From Mycolicibacterium smegmatis (GTDB lineage: Bacteria; Actinomycetota; Actinomycetes; Mycobacteriales; Mycobacteriaceae), in NCBI RefSeq assembly GCF_001457595.1, contig NZ_LN831039.1:4260001-4292000 (forward strand): DNA of 32,000 nt, in the 5' to 3' direction. Each line of letters begins with the position of its first letter. Positions within the stretch are counted from its first letter, which is position 1. A program made the translations under genes and the position numbers. Below the pieces are notes generated by a model. It was not told the DNA's origin. It saw only the letters and a program-made list of their open reading frames with translations, and made no database searches. This document shows positions 17,001 through 25,285 of this stretch, piece by piece.

Positions 17001-17296
17001 CGTGCAACGAGTGTGTTGTCGCGGACGTCGATTTCACATTTTCGCCGCAGCGAATTCCGCGGACGACGGAGCAACATCCCGTCGTGAAGTAGGCAGCTTT
17101 GCGAGAACGAGTAGTGCATTACTCATGTCATGCCGGCCTCTACGCACAAGAATCTTTCGGTGTGTGGCCGACGAATCCACGCGGGTGATACGTGAGCCGG
17201 TTGCGCCGTGAATCAAGGTGGGGTGACCGACGTTAATGAACAAGACGGTACGCAACGAGGCAGCCGACGGGTAACCGACAAGGAGCGCCGCTCACC

Positions 17297-18412
17297 ATGA
17301 CCGAAGCCGCAGACCGGACCACTCCGTGGCAGCAGCAGCCCATCCGCTACTCGGCGGATCTCGAGAAGCCCAGCCCCCGCGAACAGGCCGACATCGAGAA
17401 GATCATGGCGAAGCTGCTCAAGAACAACGAGCGCGCCTACGACAAGTACAAGCACGGCCTGCGTGACGCGCACGCCAAGAGCCACGCGATCCTGCGTGGC
17501 GAGCTGATCGTCAACGAGGGTCTTCCTCCTGAACTCGCGCAAGGCCTGTTCGCCGAACCGCGTACCTACCCGGTGATCGCGCGCCTGTCGAGCACGTCGG
17601 GCGTGCGGCGCAGCGACAAGACCCGCGGCGTGCGTGGTCTCGGTCTGAAAGTGCTTGGCGTACAGGGCGAAAAGATCCTTCCCGATGACTCGAGCACCAA
17701 CCAGGACTTCGTCATGGTGACCCACGAGGATTTCCTGTTCGCCGACGCGCACGCCTACGCCGGGCTGGGCATGATCACGGCGTCCCTGCTCGCGCGGCTC
17801 TCCGATCAGGCGCTGTGGCTCGGCAGCGGACTGCTGGACCTGGTCAGCAAGGCCGGAATCAAGCTGCCCGACAACCTGATGGTGTTCGTCGCGCCGAACC
17901 GGCCCATCCTGGGACTGGAGTTCTTCTCGTCGGCGCCGTTCCGCCACGGCGACCACGTCGCCAAGTACCGCTTCGCGCCCGCGTCGGAGAATGTGAAGGC
18001 TCTGTCCGGGCAACTGCTGCCCCGCAACCCGGCCCCCGAGCAGCACCGCGACATGATCGCCGAGTTCTTCGCCGATCAGACCGCGGAGTTCGACTTCAGC
18101 GCGCAGTTGTGCACCGACCCGGTGGCCATGCCGATCGAAGACGCCGGTAAGAACTGGGACAAGAGCATCTCGCCGTACGTCTCGGTGGCCAAGATCGTCT
18201 TCGGGCCGCAGAACCCCTACAGCGCCCTGCGTCGCGCCTACGGCGACGACGTACTGGCATTCAATTCATGGCGCGGGCTGGCCGAACACCGCCCGCTGGG
18301 CTCCATCAATCGTCTGAAGAAAACGGTTTACGAGTCGTCGGCCGATTACCGGCACCGCGTCAACAGAATCGACCGGCACGAACCGGTCGACATATCGGAG
18401 TTACCGGACTGA
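17297..18412 (+). CDS. Catalase-related (mini-catalase / catalase-core) heme protein
   Basis: Catalase-core signatures appear in order. LRDAHAKSH matches the distal His motif RxxHAKG. IARLSSTSG matches VRFSTV. RGVRGLGLKV matches RGFAxKF. The C-terminal RLKKTVYESSADYRHR matches the proximal Tyr motif RxxxYxxxxxxR. Length is 371 aa, so it has no full-length catalase wrapping domains. AAGGAG lies 11 nt upstream of the ATG. Confidence 0.75.
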   Translation: MTEAADRTTPWQQQPIRYSADLEKPSPREQADIEKIMAKLLKNNERAYDKYKHGLRDAHAKSHAILRGELIVNEGLPPELAQGLFAEPRTYPVIARLSSTSGVRRSDKTRGVRGLGLKVLGVQGEKILPDDSSTNQDFVMVTHEDFLFADAHAYAGLGMITASLLARLSDQALWLGSGLLDLVSKAGIKLPDNLMVFVAPNRPILGLEFFSSAPFRHGDHVAKYRFAPASENVKALSGQLLPRNPAPEQHRDMIAEFFADQTAEFDFSAQLCTDPVAMPIEDAGKNWDKSISPYVSVAKIVFGPQNPYSALRRAYGDDVLAFNSWRGLAEHRPLGSINRLKKTVYESSADYRHRVNRIDRHEPVDISELPD

Positions 18413-21111
18413 TGACCGAACGCACATTTCCCCTCCCGCACGTTCCATTCGGCAGCAACAACGCCATACGGCCCATAAACTCGGTTTCCATGTCGCGGCA
18501 GTGGCAACTGCTGGACCGGCCCGACGAAATCGACGCGATCCGCTCTGCCCTCGAAAGCACCGACACCTGCGGTGTGGTGCTGGTCGGCGCGGCCGGGGTC
18601 GGAAAGACGACCCTGGCCCGCACCGTCACGTCCGCATTGACCAACAAGGTGCATTGGACCGCGTGCACCGAATCCTCTCGCAGCATTCCGTTGGGTGCAT
18701 TCGCCCACTGGGTCGGTGCGACCGCGTCGCGCGATCCGATCGCGCTCTTGGCCTCGGCGCGCGAATCCCTGGTCGCTGACGGCGATGTGGTCGTCGGCGT
18801 CGACGACGCCCATCTGCTCGACCAGTTGTCGGCGACGCTGCTGCACCAGTTCGCGGTGGACCACGCGGGCCACGTGGTGGCGACCGTGCGCAACGGCGAA
18901 CCGGTGCCCGACGCCGTCACGTCGCTGTGGAAGGACGGCTACCTTCAGCGGTTCGAACTGCAACCGTTCAGCAAGCAGCAGAGCATCGCGCTCATCGAGA
19001 CCGTGCTCGGCGGAACACTCGAAGGCCTCAGCGCCGACGTGATGTGGGAATCGTCGGGTGGCAATCCGCTGTTCTTGCGCAACATGGTCGAGGGCGCGGT
19101 CGACGCCGGGACCCTCACCGAGGTCAACGGCGTGTGGCAGTTCCGCGGTCCCACCGTGATTCCGTCCGGGCTGGCCGAACTGCTCGACGACCGCCTCGCG
19201 CACGCCGGCGAGGACGTGATGAACGCCCTCAAACTGCTGTCGCTGTGCGAACCGCTGGACATCGACGCGTTCGCCGAACTCGCCGGAGAGGAGGCCGTCG
19301 ACAGCGCCGAGATGCGCGGGCTCATCCGCATCGTGACCGACGCGGGCGGCACGTTGACCGCCCGGTTCGCGCACCCCCTGTTCGCCGAGGTGGTGCGGCG
19401 CCGCGTCGGCACCGCGTCGGCGCGCAAGCTGCGCGGGCGGATCGCCAAGATCCTGCGCGACCGCGACCTGAGCACCGCCGCGAGCCGGATCCGGTTGGCG
19501 CAGTTGTGCATCGAGAGCGACCGCGGCGCCGACGTCGACCTGCTGATCACCGCGGCCAAGGACGCCGTGTTCCTGTCGAATCTGCCGCTCGGCGAACAAC
19601 TCGCACGGGCCGCGTTCGACCACGGCGGCGGCCTGCCCGCGGCCACCCTGCTGTCGCGCGCGCTGCTGTGGCAGGGACATCCCGCGCAGGCCGACAACAT
19701 CCTCGCGCGGTTCCCACCCGACCACATGGACGAGATGGAACTCGTGCAGTGGGGCATCCCGCGCCTGTCGATCCTGTTCTGGTCCATGGGCGACGTGCCG
19801 CTGGCCCACCAGGTGCTCGGTGAGCTGAACAGCCGTGTCACCCATCCGATCCTGCAGCTCATCATCGACGCCACCGAGGCGGGGATGGCCGTGCACGAGA
19901 ACCGGATCACCGAGGGCCTGGCCATCGCCGAACGTGTGCTCGCCCATCCGGAATGTCCGCGCCAGGCAACCGATTTCGCGGCGTTCGCGTGCGGGTTGGC
20001 GATGCCCGTCGCGGGCCGGGGTGAGGCGTTCCTGCCGATCGCGTCACGCTGCAGGGCGCAACGCAAGACCACCGACGGCATGATCCGGATCATGGTGTTC
20101 TACGGCGAGGTGCTCGCACTCGCCTACACCGGCCAGTTCGACCTGGCCCGGCAGCGCGCCGAGGAGTACGCCGAGTTCTCCTCGGCCGGTCAGTTCGCCG
20201 GCTGGGCGATCGCGAAGATCATGGCAGGCGCCGCGGCCATGCACAGCGGACGGTTCCGCGACGCGATCTCGGCCATCGAGCAGGCGCTGGCTGCGCTCAA
20301 CGCCGAGATCTCACTGCCGTGGCAGCTGCCGGGACGGCTGCTGCTCGCCCGCGCCTACGCCGCGGTGGGTGAGGTGATCGAGGCCGAACGCGTGCTCGAC
20401 GACGCCATGGAGCATTCCGGGGCGTTCATGGCCCTGCACGAGCCGCAGCGCACGCTCGCCAAGGCCTGCGTGGCAGCGGCCAAGGGCGCCCACCGGTCGG
20501 CGATCGACATCGCGCGGTCGGCCGCCGACCTGGCCCGTTCCTCCGAGCAGCACGCCGTGGAGGCCGAGGCGCTGCACCACTGTGCCCGGTTCGGTGACCG
20601 CACCGTCGCACGCAGGCTGCAGGGTCTGGTGGACCGGGTCGACGGACCGCTTGCGCGGCTGTACGCGCAGCACGCGGCGGCGGTGGCCGCTGCCGATCCC
20701 GTGGCGCTCGATGCCGTCTCGTCCGCATTCGAGCAGGCGGGGCTGATGCTCTCGGCCGCCGACGCGGCCGCGCAGGCGGTTTTGCTGCACGACAAGGCCG
20801 GACATCGGCGGCAGAGCACCGAATCCGCCGCCCATGCACTGCAATTGGCGGGTAGGTGCGGTGGTGCGGCCACACCAGCGATCCGGGCGGCGGCGCGTCC
20901 GCTACCGGTGACCGCGCGCGAACGCGAGGTGGCCGCGCTGGTGGCACAGGGACTGCTGAACCGCGAGATCGCCGAGCGGCTCACGGTTTCGGTGCGCACC
21001 GTCGAGGGCCACATCTACCGCGCCTGCATCAAGCTCGGGGTCGCCGACCGCGACGAGCTCGCGCGGATGATCTGGACCGACCTGACACCGCTGGAGGCCG
21101 ATCCCCGGTAA
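18412..21111 (+). CDS. Large ATP-binding LuxR-family (LAL / MalT-like) transcriptional regulator
   Basis: Walker A is VLVGAAGVGKTTLA and Walker B is VVVGVDDAHLLD. A long helical, TPR-like middle region follows. The C-terminal LuxR/GerE HTH is REREVAALVAQGLLNREIAERLTVSVRTVEGHIYRACIKLGV. The ATG at 18412 overlaps the upstream TGA (TGATG), with GGAG 11 nt upstream. An alternative ATG lies at 18490. Confidence 0.85.
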   Translation: MTERTFPLPHVPFGSNNAIRPINSVSMSRQWQLLDRPDEIDAIRSALESTDTCGVVLVGAAGVGKTTLARTVTSALTNKVHWTACTESSRSIPLGAFAHWVGATASRDPIALLASARESLVADGDVVVGVDDAHLLDQLSATLLHQFAVDHAGHVVATVRNGEPVPDAVTSLWKDGYLQRFELQPFSKQQSIALIETVLGGTLEGLSADVMWESSGGNPLFLRNMVEGAVDAGTLTEVNGVWQFRGPTVIPSGLAELLDDRLAHAGEDVMNALKLLSLCEPLDIDAFAELAGEEAVDSAEMRGLIRIVTDAGGTLTARFAHPLFAEVVRRRVGTASARKLRGRIAKILRDRDLSTAASRIRLAQLCIESDRGADVDLLITAAKDAVFLSNLPLGEQLARAAFDHGGGLPAATLLSRALLWQGHPAQADNILARFPPDHMDEMELVQWGIPRLSILFWSMGDVPLAHQVLGELNSRVTHPILQLIIDATEAGMAVHENRITEGLAIAERVLAHPECPRQATDFAAFACGLAMPVAGRGEAFLPIASRCRAQRKTTDGMIRIMVFYGEVLALAYTGQFDLARQRAEEYAEFSSAGQFAGWAIAKIMAGAAAMHSGRFRDAISAIEQALAALNAEISLPWQLPGRLLLARAYAAVGEVIEAERVLDDAMEHSGAFMALHEPQRTLAKACVAAAKGAHRSAIDIARSAADLARSSEQHAVEAEALHHCARFGDRTVARRLQGLVDRVDGPLARLYAQHAAAVAAADPVALDAVSSAFEQAGLMLSAADAAAQAVLLHDKAGHRRQSTESAAHALQLAGRCGGAATPAIRAAARPLPVTAREREVAALVAQGLLNREIAERLTVSVRTVEGHIYRACIKLGVADRDELARMIWTDLTPLEADPR

Positions 21112-21116
21112 TCGGC

Positions 21117-24100
21117 TCAGTACACGTCGCGCACGTACCGCTTGTCGGCCACGAGTCCGCGTTTGTAGTCGCGGGCGGCTTCCTCCGACATGCCGCCGTG
21201 GGTGCGCAGAATCGTCGTGAGCGCGGCGTCGACATCCTTGGCCATGCGCGTCGCGTCGCCGCAGACGTAGAAGTGCGCGCCGTCGTCGAGCCAGCGCCAC
21301 ACGTCGGCGCCGTAGTCGGCCATCTTGTGCTGGACGTACACGCGGGCCTTCTGATCGCGGGAGAACGCCAGGTCCAGCCGGTTGAGCAGACCGTCGCGCT
21401 GCATGTCCTCCAGTTCGTCGCGGTAGTAGAAGTTGGCGCTGCGGTGCTGGTCGCCGAAGAACAACCAGTTGCGCCCGTGATGGCCCAGTGCGCGCCGCTC
21501 CTGAAGGAACCCGCGGAACGGCGCGATACCGGTACCCGGCCCCACCATGATCATCGGGGTCGACGGGTCCTCGGGCGGACGGAAATGCGGTGAGCGCTGC
21601 AGGAACACGGGCGCCGCGACTGCCCGGTCGGCGAGGAACGTCGAACACACGCCGCCGCGCGTGAGCCCCGTGACGCCGCGGTCACGCACCACCGACACCG
21701 TCAACTGCACCTCGTGCGGGCTCACCAGCGGGCTCGACGAGATCGAGTAGTTACGCGGTGTCAGGCGCACCAGAACTTCCTGCCACTCTTGGGGTTCGGC
21801 GCGCACCGCGAACTCGGTGACCAGGTCGAGCCCGTCGCGGTCCCTGAGCCACGGCGCGGCCCGGTCACCACGTAGCACCTTGGCGGCCGAACCGCCGCGC
21901 TGTGCGACGAAACGCACCAGATCCGGTGTCACGCGGCAGATGTCGTAGGACGCGATGAGCGCGTCGCGCAGCGACTGCTCGGTGCCGTCGACCTCCACGG
22001 CCGCGTCGGGGTCGAGCGCGGTCGCCGCCAGCCACGCGTCGACCACGGCGGGATCGTTGGTGGCGTACACGCCGAGGGAGTCGCCGACCCCGTAGCTCAC
22101 GTCGTAGTCGGAGATGTCGAAACCGAACTGCCGCACCTCTTTGGCCGAGCCGGGCGCAGTCAGCACCGTGTTGCGGGTCAGGGATGCGAGAATCGGTTTG
22201 GCCCTGGTGAATTCGTCCGGCTCGGTGGGCAGGAGGGTACCGACGGCCGGACGCCGGCCCCCGACGCGCTCGCGCGGCACGGGATCCACGCCCGTGATCA
22301 CCTCGACGACGGCGTCGACCCACTGCTGCAGGGCCGCGTCGTCGTAGACCTCGCAGTCTGCGCGGTCGATCAGCCGGGTGGCCCCGAGATCGCCGAACCG
22401 CTTGTCGAGAGCCTTGGCGTGACCGCAGAAGTCGTCATAGGCACGGTCGCCGAAACCGAGCACCGCGTAACGGACGCCGTTGAGATCGGGCGCATCCGGG
22501 CCCCGCAGGCGCCCCCAGAGGCCGGCACCGTTGTCGGGCGGGCCGCCGTCGCCGAACGTGCTGGTGACCACCAATACGTCACGGGCCGCCGCGAGTTCGT
22601 CGAGCGTGAGGTCATCCATGTTGACCAGCACACCGTCGACCGCGGCCGCGAGCTTGCCTGCGAACTTCTCGGCGTTGCCGGTCTGCGATGCCCACAGCAC
22701 CAACGGGCCGGTGGGCCGCACCGCGACCGGGTCGATGGTGCCGACGGTGTCCGTGCGCGAATACCGGCCCGCGAGCACGCCGTCGACCCACAACCGCACC
22801 GCGGGGCGCACCGGCGCGCAGCCGGGAAGCACCGGCACGCCGGTCGGTCGATCGGGCAGACCGGTGAAGAATCCGGCGAGGTAGATCGACTCGTCGGAGT
22901 TGAGTTCGGGTTTGAGTTCGGCTGTGGGCTCGGTGATCCCGAGCTCGGCCGCCACCGACTGCGCGTGCGGAGTGCCGCCGACCGACCGTGCGGGCCGCAG
23001 GCGCACCGCGGCCACCTTGAACTCCGGCTGCAGTGAGTCGGCGTCGACGGCATCGTGGGTGACCGCGTTGACCGTGAGGTACTCGCCGTGCTCGTCGTTC
23101 CAGTGGAACGGCGCGAAGCAACTGCCCGGCCGCACCCGGTCGGTGAGCACGGCGGGCAACACGGCGCGGCCGCGCCGCGAGGCGATTTCGACGGGTTGCC
23201 CCGCGGTGATGCCGAGTTCGAGGGCGTCGACCGGATGGATCTCGACGAACGGGGACGGGTTGAGCTTGTTGAGCCTGGGCACCTTGCCGGTCTTGGTCAT
23301 GGTGTGCCACTGGTGCTGCAGCCTGCCGGTGTTGAGCACCATTGGATAGGCGTCGTCGGGCAGTTCCGACGAGTCCGTGTGGGGCCGGGGATGAAACACC
23401 GCGCGCCGTGACGGGGTGGGGAACGCCAGCCGGGGACGGTGCCCGTCGGCTTCGGTGTGCAGATGCTGACTGACGCCGTCGTTGACATAGCGGATCGGGT
23501 GGCGGTCCGGCCCGCCGCCGGATACGTCGGTGGGCGGGCACGGCCACTGCAGGGGCGTCTCACGCAGCCGCTCGTAGGTGACCCCGCGAAGGTCGTATCC
23601 TGTTGCGGCATTGGAGAACCGGCGAATCTCGTCGAAGATCTCCTCGGCGCTGCCGTACCGGAAGTGCTCACCGAAGCCGAGGTGCTCGGCGACCGCGCAG
23701 ATCAACTGCCAGTCTGGGCGGGCATCCCCGACCGGTGCCACGCTCTGCGGCAGCAGCGTGAGATTGCGCTCCGAGTTGACCATGACGCCTTCGGACTCGG
23801 CCCACAGCGCGGCAGGCAGCACGATGTCGGCGTAGTGGTTGGTGGCCGTGGAGCGGTACGCGTCCTGTGTCACGACGAGTTCGGCGGATTCGAGGCCGTT
23901 GATGACGGTGATCCGGTTGGCCACGCTGGCAACGGGATTGGTGCAGATGATCCAGCACGCCTTGATCTCGCCGGCGGCCATCTGCTCGAACATGCCCACG
24001 GTGCCTGGGCCGACGTCCGACCGGATGGTTCCCGGCTCCAGTCCCCACGCGGTTTCGACGAACGCGCGGTCGGCGTCCGAGAGCACTGAACGCTGCCCCG

Positions 24101-25181
24101 GCAGACCCGGCCCCATGTAACCCATCTCGCGGCCACCCATGGCGTTGGGCTGGCCCGTCAGCGACATGGGGCCGCTGCCCGTGCGGCAGATGGCGCCCGT
24201 CGCGAGGTGCAGGTTGCAGATCGCGTTGGTGTTCCAGGTGCCGTGCGTACTCTGGTTGAGCCCCATGGTCCAGCAACTCATCCACTCACGGGCGTCGGCG
24301 ATCATGCGGGCCGCGGTGCGGATGTCGTCCTCGCGCAGTCCGGTGATCTCGGCGACCCGGTGCGGCGGGTAGTCGGCCAGGAATTCCGGCATCGCCTCCC
24401 ATCCGGTCGTGTGCTCTGCGATGAACTCCTCGTCGATGTCGCCGCTTTCGACCAGCAGATGCAGCAGGCCGTTGAGCAGTGCCAGATCGGTACCCGGTGA
24501 GATCTGGAGGAACAGATCGGCGCGTTCGGCGGTCGCGGTGCGGCGCGGGTCCACCACGATGAGCTTGGCCCCGGCCTTGAGCCGGTCGGCCATCCGAAGG
24601 AAAAGGACCGGATGGCAGTCGGCCATGTTCGACCCGATGACGAAGAACAGGTCCGCGTTGTCGAAGTCCTCGTAGGAGCCCGGAGGGCCGTCGGCGCCGA
24701 GGGACTGCTTGAAACCCGTTCCCGCACTGGCCATGCACAACCGCGAGTTCGACTCGATGTGCACCGTGCGCAGAAACCCCTTGGCCAGCTTGGTCGCGAG
24801 GTACTGCGCCTCGATCGACATCTGCCCGGACACGTACACCGCGACGGCGTCGGGACCGTGCTCGTCGACGATGGCCCGCAGCCTGCGACCGGCCTCTGCC
24901 ACCGCATCGTCGACCGGGACAGGGACCAGGTCGTCCTCGTGACGCACGAGAGCCGAGGTCAGCCGGTCCTCGGCGGCAGCCATCAACTCGGCGTGCATGG
25001 CCCCCTTGGTGCACAAACGACCGAAGTTCGCGGGATGCAGCTTGTCACCCGACACGCGGGCGATGACGGTGCGGTCGCCCTGGACCGCGGTGGTCACCTC
25101 GATGCCGCACCCGACGCCGCAGTACGAACATGCGGTCCGCGTCGCGCGTGTGGTCTCGAGACCATTGGGACCATCGGCCAT
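21117..25181 (-). CDS. nasN: Assimilatory nitrate reductase, single-polypeptide fusion of a molybdopterin (bis-MGD) catalytic module to a CysJ/CPR-like diflavin (FMN + FAD/NADPH) reductase
   Basis: The N-terminus has the 4Fe-4S motif CSYCGVGCG...LCTKG and the NasA/NarB-like molybdopterin oxidoreductase body. The flavodoxin motif LVLWASQTGNAEKF is encoded near 22665-22705. FAD/NADPH motifs are RNYSISSSP, MVGPGTGIAPFRGF and YVCGDATRMAKDV, and the C-terminus is RYVRDVY. Length is 1354 aa. It matches my recollection of M. smegmatis NasN (MSMEG_4206). Confidence 0.9.
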   Translation of the reverse strand: MADGPNGLETTRATRTACSYCGVGCGIEVTTAVQGDRTVIARVSGDKLHPANFGRLCTKGAMHAELMAAAEDRLTSALVRHEDDLVPVPVDDAVAEAGRRLRAIVDEHGPDAVAVYVSGQMSIEAQYLATKLAKGFLRTVHIESNSRLCMASAGTGFKQSLGADGPPGSYEDFDNADLFFVIGSNMADCHPVLFLRMADRLKAGAKLIVVDPRRTATAERADLFLQISPGTDLALLNGLLHLLVESGDIDEEFIAEHTTGWEAMPEFLADYPPHRVAEITGLREDDIRTAARMIADAREWMSCWTMGLNQSTHGTWNTNAICNLHLATGAICRTGSGPMSLTGQPNAMGGREMGYMGPGLPGQRSVLSDADRAFVETAWGLEPGTIRSDVGPGTVGMFEQMAAGEIKACWIICTNPVASVANRITVINGLESAELVVTQDAYRSTATNHYADIVLPAALWAESEGVMVNSERNLTLLPQSVAPVGDARPDWQLICAVAEHLGFGEHFRYGSAEEIFDEIRRFSNAATGYDLRGVTYERLRETPLQWPCPPTDVSGGGPDRHPIRYVNDGVSQHLHTEADGHRPRLAFPTPSRRAVFHPRPHTDSSELPDDAYPMVLNTGRLQHQWHTMTKTGKVPRLNKLNPSPFVEIHPVDALELGITAGQPVEIASRRGRAVLPAVLTDRVRPGSCFAPFHWNDEHGEYLTVNAVTHDAVDADSLQPEFKVAAVRLRPARSVGGTPHAQSVAAELGITEPTAELKPELNSDESIYLAGFFTGLPDRPTGVPVLPGCAPVRPAVRLWVDGVLAGRYSRTDTVGTIDPVAVRPTGPLVLWASQTGNAEKFAGKLAAAVDGVLVNMDDLTLDELAAARDVLVVTSTFGDGGPPDNGAGLWGRLRGPDAPDLNGVRYAVLGFGDRAYDDFCGHAKALDKRFGDLGATRLIDRADCEVYDDAALQQWVDAVVEVITGVDPVPRERVGGRRPAVGTLLPTEPDEFTRAKPILASLTRNTVLTAPGSAKEVRQFGFDISDYDVSYGVGDSLGVYATNDPAVVDAWLAATALDPDAAVEVDGTEQSLRDALIASYDICRVTPDLVRFVAQRGGSAAKVLRGDRAAPWLRDRDGLDLVTEFAVRAEPQEWQEVLVRLTPRNYSISSSPLVSPHEVQLTVSVVRDRGVTGLTRGGVCSTFLADRAVAAPVFLQRSPHFRPPEDPSTPMIMVGPGTGIAPFRGFLQERRALGHHGRNWLFFGDQHRSANFYYRDELEDMQRDGLLNRLDLAFSRDQKARVYVQHKMADYGADVWRWLDDGAHFYVCGDATRMAKDVDAALTTILRTHGGMSEEAARDYKRGLVADKRYVRDVY

Positions 25182-25285
25182 GCGGCCATGGTGGGTGGCG
25201 GGTGTTCCGTGACGTTTCCCGCCGGGTTATCGGCAGGAAAACTGATCCTCACTTCCCGGCGGTGTGCGCCGTGAGCAGGGTGCCA

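Noticed and set aside
17034-17255. 73-aa minus-strand ORF in the intergenic region directly upstream of the S8 peptidase gene, a possible third gene of the cassette
   Set aside because: It starts with TTG, has no SD that I can see, is basic and low-complexity, and has mixed third-position G+C. It fills a region better explained as divergent promoters. Ribosome-profiling data would be worth checking, but the sequence alone does not support it.
18346-19947. 533-aa and 382-aa minus-strand ORFs, plus the 298-aa plus-strand ORF 18927..19823, inside the LAL regulator gene
   Set aside because: These are antisense or alternate-frame shadows of a gene with clear Walker A/B and LuxR HTH motifs. Their composition is dominated by Arg, Gly, Ala and Pro.
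13737-21116. A classical integrative element (integrase, excisionase, transposase or IS ends) downstream of the tRNA
   Set aside because: No ORF in any frame shows tyrosine or serine recombinase or DDE transposase motifs, and I recognised no terminal inverted repeats.
25204-25219. Direct repeat GGAAAC-N5-GGAAC (minus strand) upstream of nasN as a GlnR box
   Set aside because: The spacing between the AC dinucleotides is 8 or 10 nt rather than the 9 expected for the GlnR half-site arrangement as I recall it. The neighbouring GTTAT-N6-GAAAAC element fits better and is reported instead.
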